From assembly GCA_965214725.1 (NCBI GenBank), contig OZ243973.1:1166257-1230256 (forward strand): a DNA stretch of 64,000 bases, in the 5' to 3' direction. This document shows, piece by piece, positions 28,409 to 38,831 of this stretch; within the stretch, counting starts at the first letter, position 1, and every line of letters begins with the position of its first letter. Below the pieces are notes generated by a model that saw only the letters and a program-made list of their open reading frames with translations, made no database searches and had not been told where the DNA came from. The position numbers were made by a program, and so were the translations under genes. The stretch comes from Dehalococcoidia bacterium. GTDB lineage: Bacteria; Chloroflexota; Dehalococcoidia; UBA6926.

Positions 28409-29614
28409 GTGGAAACTCTTCTTGGTCTGCTGGTTGGAGCGCTCGTTGTCGGGCTGGCGGCGTGGCTGATTCAGGAATTTCGGTGGCGGCAGCGGAACGC
28501 AGAGTTAAGCGGGCAGCTCACGCGCGCACAGGACGCGGAGCAGGTGCTCGAGATGTTCAAGGGTGAACTGCCCGGCTTTCTCCAATTGTCTGTTGGGGAC
28601 GCCGTCAAGGGCAGCACTCAGCAACTCGTCACACTCGCCAACGAGAACTTTGGCAAGACACTAGTGGAAGCAAAGGGGGAACTTGAGAAGAGCAGTCTGC
28701 AATTCCAAGAACTCGTCAAGCCGCTGTCTGAGAACTACGGAAAATTGGATCCCACAATTAATTCTTTGATCAAGCAATTGGACAACGCCACGAGAGTAAC
28801 GACACGGCTTGCCGGTGCCCTAACGGACAATCAGCAAGTTGGCACGTGGGGTGAGATTCAACTCAAGCGCATCATCGAGTTGGCGGAGATGGTCGACTAC
28901 TGCGACTTTGCGGAACAGCGCACGGTGGATGATGGGAGCGGACGGCCTGATGTGACTGTTCATCTGCCGGATGAGCGCGTCATTGTGATCGATTCTAAAG
29001 CGAGCGCAGCGGCATTTCTTGAGGCAAAAGAGGCGGAGAATGAGAGGGACGCTGAGGCTGCGCTTAAGCGCCACGCAAGCGCTCTGCAGGCAAGGGTGAA
29101 CGACTTGGCCCGCAAGGATTATCCCAGCCACGTGGACGGCTCGCTCCCGTTTGTGGTCATGTTCGTGCCGGGTGATCAGTTCCTCGCTGCGGCCCTAAGC
29201 GCGAATAACGGGCTGATTGAATATGCAATGGGCAAGCGCATTGCCATCGCAACGCCCAGTTCGCTGATTTCCCTGCTGTGGGCTGTCGCCAATGGCTGGG
29301 AACGCCAACGACTCGCGGAGAATGTCGAGGAGATCCGCAAGGCCGGCGTTGAGATGCACAACCGGCTCCAGGTCTTTATGGGGCACTATCGCAGAGTGGG
29401 CGAGCAGCTCGGCCGCGCCGTTCAGTCCTTCAATGCGTCTGTCGGGTCCTTTGATCGGAATGTCATGCCGCAGGCGAGGCGATTTGATGAGCTGCCCGGC
29501 GTGAGTGCTGACGTGGATGCGCTCCCTCCCCACATTGACGGCGAGATACGCGACTCCGCTTACGGCGCCGAGGCTCCGGATGATGGCCCGGCCGGCCCCC
29601 GGGATGATCAGTAG
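28409..29614 (+). CDS. rmuC: DNA recombination protein RmuC
   Basis: N-terminal TM plus coiled coil; G.WGEIQLKRI.E, RPDV.V.LP, IDSK, FVVMFVPGD, ATPSSL. Confidence 0.92.
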   Translation: METLLGLLVGALVVGLAAWLIQEFRWRQRNAELSGQLTRAQDAEQVLEMFKGELPGFLQLSVGDAVKGSTQQLVTLANENFGKTLVEAKGELEKSSLQFQELVKPLSENYGKLDPTINSLIKQLDNATRVTTRLAGALTDNQQVGTWGEIQLKRIIELAEMVDYCDFAEQRTVDDGSGRPDVTVHLPDERVIVIDSKASAAAFLEAKEAENERDAEAALKRHASALQARVNDLARKDYPSHVDGSLPFVVMFVPGDQFLAAALSANNGLIEYAMGKRIAIATPSSLISLLWAVANGWERQRLAENVEEIRKAGVEMHNRLQVFMGHYRRVGEQLGRAVQSFNASVGSFDRNVMPQARRFDELPGVSADVDALPPHIDGEIRDSAYGAEAPDDGPAGPRDDQ

Positions 29615-29650
29615 AGGGGAGGCTAGTCGCAGGCGGCACGGGGCGCCCGG

Positions 29651-29682
29651 ATGGATACCCGCTTTCGCGGGTATGAGGGGAG
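29651..29682. repeat. REP-like palindrome, exact inverse of 28167-28198
   Basis: atggatacccgctttcgcgggtatgaggggag, followed by degenerate gaggggag repeats to about 29725. Confidence 0.85.
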
Positions 29683-29755
29683 AGGGGCGTGTAAGAGGGG
29701 AGAGGGGCGGCTATGAGGGGAGGCGAGTCTCTGCCCGTGCTACGCTTTAGGTGGC

Positions 29756-30775
29756 ATGGTTTACGTTGGAAATGTATCTCAGTTTGGGGCTGCGGAGGGC
29801 GGTGATCACGCGCCGCGTTCAGTAATGGGTGTTGACGCGGCGGCGGCGTCAGTGGCGGGCGGCGTGCAGCCGGTTGTCGCCCAGAACCTCATCAAGCATT
29901 ACGGTGATTTCGTCGCCGTGCGCGGCATCGATTTCGAGGTGCGCCCCGGCGAGTGTTTTGGCTTTCTTGGCCCGAATGGCGCCGGCAAGACGAGCACCAT
30001 GCGCATGATTACCTGCGCCTCGCCTGTCACATCCGGCAGCCTCCTCGTGAACGGCCTGTCTGTGCAAACGGAGGCGCGCGCCATCAAGTCGATCATCGGC
30101 ATCGTTCCGCAGGGTGACAATCTGGACGATGAACTGTCCGTCATCAACAATCTGCGTCTCTACGCCGGCTATTTCGGCATCAACCGGCAGGAGGCAGATG
30201 CCCGCGCCAGGAACGCCCTTGACCTCTTTCAACTCGCGGACCGCGCAGAATCGCAGGTCGATGAACTCTCCGGGGGCATGAAACGCCGACTCCTCATCGC
30301 GCGGGGGCTCATCAATGAGCCGTCCATCATCGTGCTGGATGAACCGACAACCGGTCTGGACCCGCAGGCGCGCCATCTGGTGTGGCGCACACTCCGCCGC
30401 CTGAAAGATCGCGGCGTGACGATGCTGCTCACGACGCATTACATGGACGAGGCGGCGGTGCTGTGTGACCGGCTCATCGTCATGCATGAGGGGCGCATTC
30501 TGGCGGAGGGCACTCCCACGGAACTGATCCTGCGAATCGCGGGGGAGACCGTCATCGAGGCACAGTCGCTGGACTCCGCCATCCTTGAGGGCGCCGCTGC
30601 GCATCTGCGTGACGCCGGCGCGGAGATAGAGCAGACACCGGATACCGTGCACGCATTCGGGCTGCACAGTGTGGACGTGACCGTTCCGGCCCTCCACGCC
30701 GCCCGCGCCTATACTCGCCCCGCAAACCTTGAGGATGTCTTTCTGCGGCTGACAGGCCGCGCGCTGGATGAGTAG
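29756..30775 (+). CDS. ABC-2 exporter ATP-binding protein (NodI-like)
   Basis: GPNGAGKT, LSGGMKRRL, LDEPTTGLDPQARH, TTHYMDEA; start uncertain. Confidence 0.92.
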   Translation: MVYVGNVSQFGAAEGGDHAPRSVMGVDAAAASVAGGVQPVVAQNLIKHYGDFVAVRGIDFEVRPGECFGFLGPNGAGKTSTMRMITCASPVTSGSLLVNGLSVQTEARAIKSIIGIVPQGDNLDDELSVINNLRLYAGYFGINRQEADARARNALDLFQLADRAESQVDELSGGMKRRLLIARGLINEPSIIVLDEPTTGLDPQARHLVWRTLRRLKDRGVTMLLTTHYMDEAAVLCDRLIVMHEGRILAEGTPTELILRIAGETVIEAQSLDSAILEGAAAHLRDAGAEIEQTPDTVHAFGLHSVDVTVPALHAARAYTRPANLEDVFLRLTGRALDE

Positions 30776-30805
30776 GCCACAACGGAATCTGATGGCTCCG
30801 CAACA

Positions 30806-31579
30806 ATGATTCTGACACCCGCCCGCGTCCCCCACGGTTTCCGCGTCTGGCGGCGCAATTTCACCGTCTTTCGTCGCTTTGCGCTGGCGGAGGTGGGGCC
30901 GCTGTTCGTGGAGCCGCTGGTGGTGTTGGGTGCGATGGGGCTGGGCTTGGGCGCGTACGTCACGTTGGGGGGCGATGAGAGCTATCTGCAATTCATCGGC
31001 CCGGGCATCATCGGCGGCTATTCACTCTTTGCGGCCTTCTTTGAGTGCACCTATGGCTCCTATCAGCGCATGGCGATCCGCGGCCTGTATGAGGCCATGA
31101 TCGCCACGCCCCTGTCCATGGAGGACGTCATCACCGGCGAGGTCTTATGGGGCGCAACACGGGCACTCTTCAGCGCCACAGTGATTCTGTTTGTGTTGAC
31201 CATACTCGGCTACGTCGAATCCCCGCTTGCGATTCTCATACTGCCCCTCGCATTTCTGGGCGGAATCCTCTTCTCGTCGATGGCGCTGCTCGTGACCGCC
31301 CACGCGCCCTCGTTCTGGGCGTTCAATTACTCAATCACGCTGGGGGTGATGCCGATGTATTTCTTTGGCGGCGTCTTTTTCCCGTTGGAGCGATACCCGG
31401 ATATTGTGCGTGAACTCGCATGGATCATCCCACTGACACCCTACGTGGTTGTGATCCGTGAACTGGTCAGCGGCGACCTCTCCGTGGCGGCCATCTGGGG
31501 GCTGCTCTACCTCTTCGCGCTCGGTACGGCGTTCTACTACCTGGCCGTGATCCGGATGAAAGCGCGCCTCATTCGATAG
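30806..31579 (+). CDS. ABC-2 permease (NodJ-like)
   Basis: VWRRNF, YLQFIGPG, ECTYGSY.RM, GEVLWGATR, GVFFPL. Confidence 0.9.
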   Translation: MILTPARVPHGFRVWRRNFTVFRRFALAEVGPLFVEPLVVLGAMGLGLGAYVTLGGDESYLQFIGPGIIGGYSLFAAFFECTYGSYQRMAIRGLYEAMIATPLSMEDVITGEVLWGATRALFSATVILFVLTILGYVESPLAILILPLAFLGGILFSSMALLVTAHAPSFWAFNYSITLGVMPMYFFGGVFFPLERYPDIVRELAWIIPLTPYVVVIRELVSGDLSVAAIWGLLYLFALGTAFYYLAVIRMKARLIR

Positions 31580-31589
31580 CGGGAACCCC

Positions 31590-32060
31590 TCAGCGATCGC
31601 CGTAGGCCGGCCGGCCCTGCCCACGCTCAATCTTGTGGATGACGTGTGTCTGGCGATCAAACGTCGCCGTCACCCACAGCCCCTCTTTCATCCAGTCATA
31701 CCCCCCACGACGCATCGGCGCCGGGTCCAGACGATATCGAATCCCGCTGATGACGATGACGAGGATGGAGTTGTACTTTGGGCCGGACGACCACAGTCCT
31801 GATGAGGAACCCTCAATCTCCACATCCTCCACCGTCATGCGGTCAATGCGCCCCTCAAGCTGAGCAGGCTCAAGGAGCGGACCGGCCGGCAGCGGGACGG
31901 GGGGTGGTTCCGGCCGTGTTCGCCGGAACAGGGTGATGAGCGCGATGGTGAAGAGTATGGGCAGACCGATAAGCAGCGCGATGTGCAGATTGCCGGTTAT
32001 GACGATGAGGAACAGGATGAGGATGACGAGCGTGGCGACGATCCACGAATTCGGCTGCAT
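31590..32060 (-). CDS. Hypothetical membrane protein
   Basis: Two N-terminal TM segments, Pro-rich linker, beta-rich C-terminal domain. Confidence 0.6.
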   Translation of the reverse strand: MQPNSWIVATLVILILFLIVITGNLHIALLIGLPILFTIALITLFRRTRPEPPPVPLPAGPLLEPAQLEGRIDRMTVEDVEIEGSSSGLWSSGPKYNSILVIVISGIRYRLDPAPMRRGGYDWMKEGLWVTATFDRQTHVIHKIERGQGRPAYGDR

Positions 32061-32122
32061 ATCAGCTCCGTTCCCCGCTCCGATTCGCGCGTTGGCGGCG
32101 TTTCCGCATTATAGTTTCATCT

Positions 32123-33376
32123 ATGACCGATACTGACACCGCGGCGTCCGAACAGGCGACAGACTCGCCACCTGTTTACCGATTCGTTATCTATTTCCTT
32201 GTCATTTTCATGCATCTCATGCTGGGGATGGCCTTCCTCGCCCCGGCGTCCGTTCTGCCCCTGATCACGGAGACGTATGACCTGACGCGGTCACAGGGTG
32301 GGTTTGCGGTCACCAGCGTGACACTGGTGTTCACGCTGGCGACACTCCCGGCGGCCATCCTCGTTTCTCGTTGGAACATCCGCATCGTTTTCGGAATCGG
32401 GTGGGCGCTCTTGGGGATCACGGCGCTCACGCCGTTCCTGTCCGGATTCTGGTGGTTCATCGCCCTGCGCTCCGTTCAAGGTGTGGGCGCCGCCGTCGTC
32501 GCGCCACTGACGGCCACCATCATCATGCGGTGGGCGCCGCAGCGTGAGGTGCCTATCGTGAACGCCATCGTCCTCGCATCTCTCACTGTTGGCCTCGCGT
32601 TGGCGCAGTACCTCGGCCCGATTCTGGCCGGATGGACCGATTGGGAGTGGGCGATTGGAATCGAGGGGTTCATCGCGGCCGCCGGCGCCATCGTCTTTGT
32701 CGTCCTGTGGCGGGAGCGGCGGATTGTGGGCGGCATCGCGCCTGAACCGGTCAAGATCAGCGCCATCCTTGACGTGTTCCGACGGCGTGAAACGTGGTTG
32801 ATGTCCTTTGCGGTGGTGGGCCCTTGGGCGCAATTCATCACACTGAACACCTGGCTCCCAACGTATTTTGAGGAGCAGCGCGGCCTGAGCCTTGCCGTCG
32901 CAGGTCTCATGGCTGGCATCTTCGCCTTGGCGGGCGCGCCCGCCAACGTCATTGGTGGCGTGATTACGACCGTTGTCGGGCGCAGACGCCCTGTTATCAT
33001 CTGGTCCGGCCTGATTGTCGGCGCGGCCGGCATGTCAATCATCTATGCGCCCGCCGGGATACTCCTGTTCACCGCGGTGGTGGTGGCCGGATTCCTGCAC
33101 TGGGTGTATGAGCCGTCTCTATTCACCATCCCGATTGAGCTGCCGCGGTCATCACCGGAGCGAGCGAGCGCCATCTGGGCGGCCATCCTGACGGCCGGCA
33201 ACGCATCAAGCTTTGTTGGTCCCATCGTGGCCGGTTTCATCATCGACGAGACGGGGAGCTTTGTTATCGGCATTGCCGTTGTCGCCGCCACCTCATTCAC
33301 CCTCTTGATCGCGGGCCTGCTGCTGCCGGAGACGGGGCCGGGGCGGCTGAACACGCCGCAGGGAGCCCGCACCTGA
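32123..33376 (+). CDS. MFS transporter
   Basis: About 12 TM segments, R..QG.G, WLPTYF, C-terminal LPET. Confidence 0.9.
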   Translation: MTDTDTAASEQATDSPPVYRFVIYFLVIFMHLMLGMAFLAPASVLPLITETYDLTRSQGGFAVTSVTLVFTLATLPAAILVSRWNIRIVFGIGWALLGITALTPFLSGFWWFIALRSVQGVGAAVVAPLTATIIMRWAPQREVPIVNAIVLASLTVGLALAQYLGPILAGWTDWEWAIGIEGFIAAAGAIVFVVLWRERRIVGGIAPEPVKISAILDVFRRRETWLMSFAVVGPWAQFITLNTWLPTYFEEQRGLSLAVAGLMAGIFALAGAPANVIGGVITTVVGRRRPVIIWSGLIVGAAGMSIIYAPAGILLFTAVVVAGFLHWVYEPSLFTIPIELPRSSPERASAIWAAILTAGNASSFVGPIVAGFIIDETGSFVIGIAVVAATSFTLLIAGLLLPETGPGRLNTPQGART

Positions 33377-33453
33377 GCGCGCCCCGCTCCCAGTGCTACA
33401 CTACGAACGGTCACATGATCATGTTGAGAATGCAGCCGCACGGAGTTCAGTGA

Positions 33454-34119
33454 ATGACATCATCGTCTCGTTCGGCGCTGCTGGGGCCCACGCCCGCCGC
33501 GCGCCGCTACTTTCAGCAGTTCCTCGGCGAACTCGCCGAGATGACTGACGATGATATGCGTCTGGTCACGGCCATTGAGCCGCTGGATCAAGCTGCGCTC
33601 ATGGGGCTTGGGGATGCGATCTATACGGCCATCAGCGCAGGCGATGCCCCGCTCCCGGCGGATGGCGCCGCCGCCGCGCTGCCCCCCGATCTGGATGGGG
33701 CCGCCCTGCGCACCGCCCTGTACATGACGTTGATGAACACCGTCACGCAGCAATTGGAGATTGAGACGCCGATACAGGCGCGCGCCGCGCAGGGCGTCAC
33801 GATTGAGGGCAATGTCCTGCCCCGCCTCGGGCATGACCACCTTGTTCTGTGCGCGCGCTTTTCTCTGGATACGATTCAGGCTCTCAAGCCACCGACCACA
33901 TTCCAGGGACTCGTCGATCTTACCGTCGAGCGTTTATCGTCACTGGTCGAATTGGCGTCGCAGGCGATGATGGGCGCGGACGTTGATCCGTTCGAGACAT
34001 TTGACCATCGCGATTGCGAGAAATGCGGGCATCTGTTGCAGCTGCATGTCGGCTTTGAGAGCTGGGACGATGTGCTGGCTGAGCACAATGCGTGGTGTCC
34101 GGGGAGTCGCGGGGCATGA
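33454..34119 (+). CDS. Hypothetical protein with C-terminal Cys/His motif
   Basis: HRDCEKCGH...H...HNAWC; first of four closely spaced same-strand genes. Confidence 0.6.
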   Translation: MTSSSRSALLGPTPAARRYFQQFLGELAEMTDDDMRLVTAIEPLDQAALMGLGDAIYTAISAGDAPLPADGAAAALPPDLDGAALRTALYMTLMNTVTQQLEIETPIQARAAQGVTIEGNVLPRLGHDHLVLCARFSLDTIQALKPPTTFQGLVDLTVERLSSLVELASQAMMGADVDPFETFDHRDCEKCGHLLQLHVGFESWDDVLAEHNAWCPGSRGA

Positions 34120-34144
34120 CCGCTCCGTGTGAGAAGCAGGGTTC

Positions 34145-34576
34145 ATGACTGAGTCGACCAGCATCCGCGTGACTGCCCTGCTGTTGGGGCAGGACTCCTT
34201 TCGGGATGAGCGAGGCCGCGCGCACGTCATCGGCATCTTTGACACGGTTGGCGCGCAGCAGTTTCCGATGGCGTTTCAGTTCTCTATCTATTGCCGCCTG
34301 CACGGCGAGGGGATTCATGAACTGGTCTTGCGTGTGATTGACCCGAACGGCATGGAGATTGTCCGCAGTGAGCCCATCACGGCGAATCTGCTGCCCATTC
34401 AAGGCCACCAGTTCTTTATGAGCATCGGCATTCAGGCGGAGTCAGATGGGCTGTTCCTCGTGCAAGCGGTTGTTGATGGCCAGGTTGCGCAGGAGGCGCC
34501 TCTCCTAGTGGAATCCGGTCAGGAGGACTGGCACCAAGAGCACGGGCCCTCCACGTTCGGCACACCGCCGAATTAG
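34145..34576 (+). CDS. Small beta-rich hypothetical protein (DUF6941-like)
   Basis: D..GR..VIGIFD.V.A.QFP pattern. Confidence 0.6.
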   Translation: MTESTSIRVTALLLGQDSFRDERGRAHVIGIFDTVGAQQFPMAFQFSIYCRLHGEGIHELVLRVIDPNGMEIVRSEPITANLLPIQGHQFFMSIGIQAESDGLFLVQAVVDGQVAQEAPLLVESGQEDWHQEHGPSTFGTPPN

Positions 34577-34590
34577 ACGGGGGCCATCCC

Positions 34591-36591
34591 GTGATTGGGA
34601 TCGACACCGGCGGCACGTTCACGGATGTCATCCGCGTTGATGCAGACGGCACGCTCCGCCTCATCAAGCTGCCATCCACGCCGTCTGCTCCCGCGCAATC
34701 ATTCCTGGCCGGTGTGCGGGAAATCAGAGAGGGTGGCGTGAGCAGCCAGGAGATTGTTCATGGCAGCACGGTGGGGACCAACGCCGTGCTTGAGCGGCGT
34801 GGCGCGCGCATCGCCCTCATCACGACGCGCGGGCTGGCCGATGTGATCGAGATTGGCCGGCAGGCGCGGAGTGATCTGTACAGTCTGCGCGTGACACGCC
34901 CCGTGCCGCTCGTTCCCCGTGACCTGCGCTTTGAGGTTGATGAGCGTGTCAGCGCGGAAGGTGAGGCGCTGCGGGCGCCGGATCAGGCAGAACTGGATAC
35001 TGTGGCGGAGGCTGTTGCGGATGCGGACGTTGATGCGTGCGCGGTCGCCTTCCTCTTCTCGTTCCTCCACCCAGACCATGAGCGGGCCGTCCGCGCCGCT
35101 CTTGCGCGCCGCCTCCCCGCAGATGTCCCCATCTCACTGTCCAGCGAGGTTGTCCCGGAGTTCCGCGAGTATGAGCGAACATCAACCACGGTTCTGAACG
35201 CCTACGTCGCGCCCGTCATGCAGTCATATCTTGCGCACATTCAGGAGTCCGTAGAATCGTCGATCAGGATCATGTCATCGAACGGCGGCAGCATGACGAT
35301 TGAGCAGGCCCGCGCTTTTCCGGTGCAGACACTGCTCAGCGGCCCGGCGGGTGGGGTTGCCGGCGCGTTTGAGGTGGCGCGCGCGGCGGGATTCAGCCGC
35401 ATCATCACGCTCGATATGGGTGGAACATCGACGGATGTCTCGTTATGTGACGGAGACGTGCGGCGGACATCCGAAGGGAGCATTGGCGGCTACCCGATCC
35501 GCGTTCCCATCGTGGACATCCACACCGTTGGCGCCGGCGGAGGATCGCTCGGCGTCATTGATGCCGGGGGCGCGCTGGCCGTCGGGCCGGAATCGGCGGG
35601 CGCAGACCCGGGGCCTGCCGCGTACGGGCGTGGTGGTGGCGCAACGGTGACGGATGCGAACATCGTGCTGGGCAGGCTGCCCGCGAACAGGCCGCTCGCG
35701 GGCCGGCTTGCGCTGGATGGCGCGGCATCCATGGCGGCGGTGGCGGGTGTGGCTCAGCAGCTCGGCATGACATCGGAACGGGCGGCGGATGGCATCATTC
35801 GCGTTGCCAACGCAAACATGGAGCGCGCATTGCGCGTCGTTTCACTGGAGCGAGGGTATGATCCGCGGGATTTCACACTTGTGGCGTTCGGCGGAGCCGG
35901 CCCCCTCCATGCGTGTGAACTTGCGGACAGCCTCGGCATGCGTGCCGTGCTTGTGCCGCCACTCCCCGGCGCGCTCTCTGCATGGGGCATGCTGCACATT
36001 GATGTGACAACCGATTTCTCGCAGACCCTCATGTGGGATATGCGGGATGCTGCGGCGGCACGACTGCAACAGACAATCGAGCATATGGAGTCAGACGCGC
36101 GGCGCTCGATGCGCGCGGAGGGCCTCAACGCGGACGCCGCCAACTTTGATGCATTCGCCGATATCCGCTATGCGGGGCAGGGATACGAGCTCTCGGTCCC
36201 GGCGAATGATGACGATGGACTCACCCATGAGGAGCGCTTTCACGCTGCCCATCAGCGACGGTTCGATTACAGCAACCCTGCATGGCCAACGGAACTCGTG
36301 ACGCTTCGCCTTCGCGCCTCGATTCCGGTCAGCCGCCCCGCGCCGCCCGCCCCACACCAATCTGATGGGCCGGACGCGGGTCACGCCCTGCTTGGACGAG
36401 CTGCGCTGACCGGCGGGCAGGATATGGCGGCGGAGGCGTCGCTGTACGATCGCAGCTCGCTGCGGGCAGGGAATCGCGTGGAAGGGCCGGCGGTGTTCAC
36501 ACAGACGGATTGCACAACGTTCCTGCCGGCTGGCTGGCTGTGCACCGTTGATGAGCGCCTCAATCTGATCCTCACCAAGGCAGCCGCATGA
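34591..36591 (+). CDS. hyuA: Hydantoinase/oxoprolinase subunit A
   Basis: GIDTGGTFTD, HGSTVGTNA, EYERTSTT, LSGPAGG, DMGGTSTD, GAGGGS, FGGAGPLH. Confidence 0.93.
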   Translation: MIGIDTGGTFTDVIRVDADGTLRLIKLPSTPSAPAQSFLAGVREIREGGVSSQEIVHGSTVGTNAVLERRGARIALITTRGLADVIEIGRQARSDLYSLRVTRPVPLVPRDLRFEVDERVSAEGEALRAPDQAELDTVAEAVADADVDACAVAFLFSFLHPDHERAVRAALARRLPADVPISLSSEVVPEFREYERTSTTVLNAYVAPVMQSYLAHIQESVESSIRIMSSNGGSMTIEQARAFPVQTLLSGPAGGVAGAFEVARAAGFSRIITLDMGGTSTDVSLCDGDVRRTSEGSIGGYPIRVPIVDIHTVGAGGGSLGVIDAGGALAVGPESAGADPGPAAYGRGGGATVTDANIVLGRLPANRPLAGRLALDGAASMAAVAGVAQQLGMTSERAADGIIRVANANMERALRVVSLERGYDPRDFTLVAFGGAGPLHACELADSLGMRAVLVPPLPGALSAWGMLHIDVTTDFSQTLMWDMRDAAAARLQQTIEHMESDARRSMRAEGLNADAANFDAFADIRYAGQGYELSVPANDDDGLTHEERFHAAHQRRFDYSNPAWPTELVTLRLRASIPVSRPAPPAPHQSDGPDAGHALLGRAALTGGQDMAAEASLYDRSSLRAGNRVEGPAVFTQTDCTTFLPAGWLCTVDERLNLILTKAAA

Positions 36592-38192
36592 GTGTTGACG
36601 CCATCTCACTTGAGGTCTTTCAGCGCCTCTTTGCCGCCATCGCGGAGGAGATGGGCGCGGCGTTGGGGCGCACCGCGTGGTCGCCCAACATCAAGGAGCG
36701 GCGTGATTTCTCGTGTGCCGTCTTTGACGCTGAAGGCCGCATGGTCGCGCAGGCGGAGCATATCCCCGTTCACCTGGGGGCGATGCCGGCCTCCGTCCGT
36801 GCCGCCATTGAACGGTTTGATGTGTTCGAGCCCGGCGACCTCATCGCCCTCAATGACCCCTATCTCGGCGGGACACACCTACCAGACCTGACACTGATCT
36901 CGCCCGTGTTCATCCCTGAGGATGTGACGGGCGGCGCGCGTGGCGAGCTCGCCGGTTTCGTTGCCACCCGCGCCCACCATGCGGATGTGGGCGGCATGGC
37001 GCCCGGATCGATGCCAGCCTCCACCACCATCTACCAAGAGGGATTCATCATCCCACCCATCAAGCTGGCGCGCGGCGGCGTCATGAATGAGGAGGCCGTT
37101 GATCTCTTTGCCCGCAATGTGCGCACACCGGACGAGCGTCGTGGTGACCTTGCCGCGCAGATTGCCGCGAACCGCATCGGGGAGGAACGATACCGGGCAC
37201 TCTATCGGCGTTATGGGGCCGAGGCGGTGGCGGAGCATAGCGCGGCGCTCATCGACTACGCGGAGCGGCTGGTGCGGGCCGCCCTGCGCGCCATTCCTCG
37301 CGGACAGTACACATTCACGGATGACATGGAGCCGCCGTCGCCGGGGGCCGATCACCCCCGCATTCGCGTGACGATTACCAGTGATGGGGATGGCTCCCTA
37401 GTGGTTGATTTTTCGGGCACATCCCCTGAGCAGCCGCTCAGCAACATCAACGCGGTGCGAGCCGTGACCGTCTCGGCGGTTCACTACTGTGTGCGGTGTC
37501 TGGCCGGGCCGCGCGCCCCCGCCAATCACGGCTCCTTTGCCTCCGTGGAGGTCATCACGCCGGCGGGATCGCTCGTCAACCCGCGTCCGCCGCGCGCTGT
37601 CGCCGCCGGCAACGTAGAGACATCGCAGAGAATCGTTGACGTCATCTTTGGCGCGCTTGCCGATGTACTACCGGACAGGATTCCGGCGGCGAGTCAGGGG
37701 ACGATGAACAATATGACGATTGGCGGCACGGATCCGCGGAACGGCAAGCCCTATGCCTATTATGAGACGCTCGGCGGCGGCATCGGCGCATCCCCGGACG
37801 GCCCCGGCGAGTCCGCCATCCACAGTCACATGACCAATACGCTCAACACACCCATCGAGGCGCTCGAATATCAATACCCGTTCCGCGTCGTGCATTATGG
37901 CGTACGCCATGGCTCCGGCGGGGAGGGACGTCATCGCGGCGGTGACGGACTCATCCGCACGCTGGAGTTCTTGGGGGATGCAACGGTATCACTGCTGACG
38001 GAACGACGCACACGGGGCGCATGGGGACTGCAGGGAGGGGCAGACGGTATGCCCGGCCGCAACACACGCAGCCGCGCCGGCGCTGAGAAGGTCGAGGAGC
38101 TGCCCGCCACCGTCAGCATTGACGTTGCGTATGGTGACAGGCTTACCATTGAGACACCGGGCGGCGGCGGCTGGGGCGCGCCCGGCTCGTAA
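36588..38192 (+). CDS. hyuB: Hydantoinase B/oxoprolinase subunit B
   Basis: [47 protein letters not shown]. Confidence 0.93.
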   Translation: MSVDAISLEVFQRLFAAIAEEMGAALGRTAWSPNIKERRDFSCAVFDAEGRMVAQAEHIPVHLGAMPASVRAAIERFDVFEPGDLIALNDPYLGGTHLPDLTLISPVFIPEDVTGGARGELAGFVATRAHHADVGGMAPGSMPASTTIYQEGFIIPPIKLARGGVMNEEAVDLFARNVRTPDERRGDLAAQIAANRIGEERYRALYRRYGAEAVAEHSAALIDYAERLVRAALRAIPRGQYTFTDDMEPPSPGADHPRIRVTITSDGDGSLVVDFSGTSPEQPLSNINAVRAVTVSAVHYCVRCLAGPRAPANHGSFASVEVITPAGSLVNPRPPRAVAAGNVETSQRIVDVIFGALADVLPDRIPAASQGTMNNMTIGGTDPRNGKPYAYYETLGGGIGASPDGPGESAIHSHMTNTLNTPIEALEYQYPFRVVHYGVRHGSGGEGRHRGGDGLIRTLEFLGDATVSLLTERRTRGAWGLQGGADGMPGRNTRSRAGAEKVEELPATVSIDVAYGDRLTIETPGGGGWGAPGS

Positions 38193-38221
38193 GGCACAAA
38201 CGGCAGGAGGGCAACCATCCA

Positions 38222-38809
38222 ATGACCGTTCGATTTCAGGCATGGCCCCGCATCCTCATTGGGGCGTTGATGATGTCTGCTCTGATGATGCTTGCTGTCG
38301 GATGCGGTTCTGAATCGACCGAGGAGGTAGGCTCCACCTCCACGGATGCGGCGCCGACTGAGACGGCGCCGGAGATCGGCAACCGTGTCGGCAATCTCGC
38401 CCCTGATTTCTCCGTGCAGACCACCAGCGGCATCACACAGTCACTGACCGATTTCAAGCAGGCCAACCAGCCCGTCGTTGTCTATTTCTTTGCCAGCTGG
38501 TGACCGTCCTGTCGGTCCGAGTTGCGGACCGCCAAGGATGTGTACGCCGACTATGAGGATGATGTGGCCTTCATCGCCGTTGATGTGGATCCGTCGGAAA
38601 GCGTCGAGACGATTAACGCGTATGCTGCCGCGCAGGGGTACACATGGGAGATGGCAGAGCATCACGGTGATGTGATGTCCGCGTTCGGCGTGACCGGCCA
38701 GCCCTCCAAGATCATCATTGATGGTGATGGCGTCATTACAGTGCGCCAACTCGGGCGCACACTGAGCGCAGACGGCTGGCGTGATGCCCTCGACGCGGTG
38801 ACCGCTTAA
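38222..38809 (+). CDS. Selenoprotein redoxin (TlpA/AhpC-like) lipoprotein with UPSC motif; UGA 38501-38503 read as Sec
   Basis: ORFs 38222-38503 and 38522-38809 are in frame, giving YFFASW-U-PSCRSEL; AVGC lipobox; hairpin after the UGA. Confidence 0.88.
38513..38531 (+). promoter_or_regulatory. Candidate bacterial SECIS hairpin
   Basis: CGGTCCG-AGTTG-CGGACCG starting about 10 nt after the UGA. Confidence 0.75.
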
Positions 38810-38831
38810 TTCCCGGACGAATGGCGCGCAC

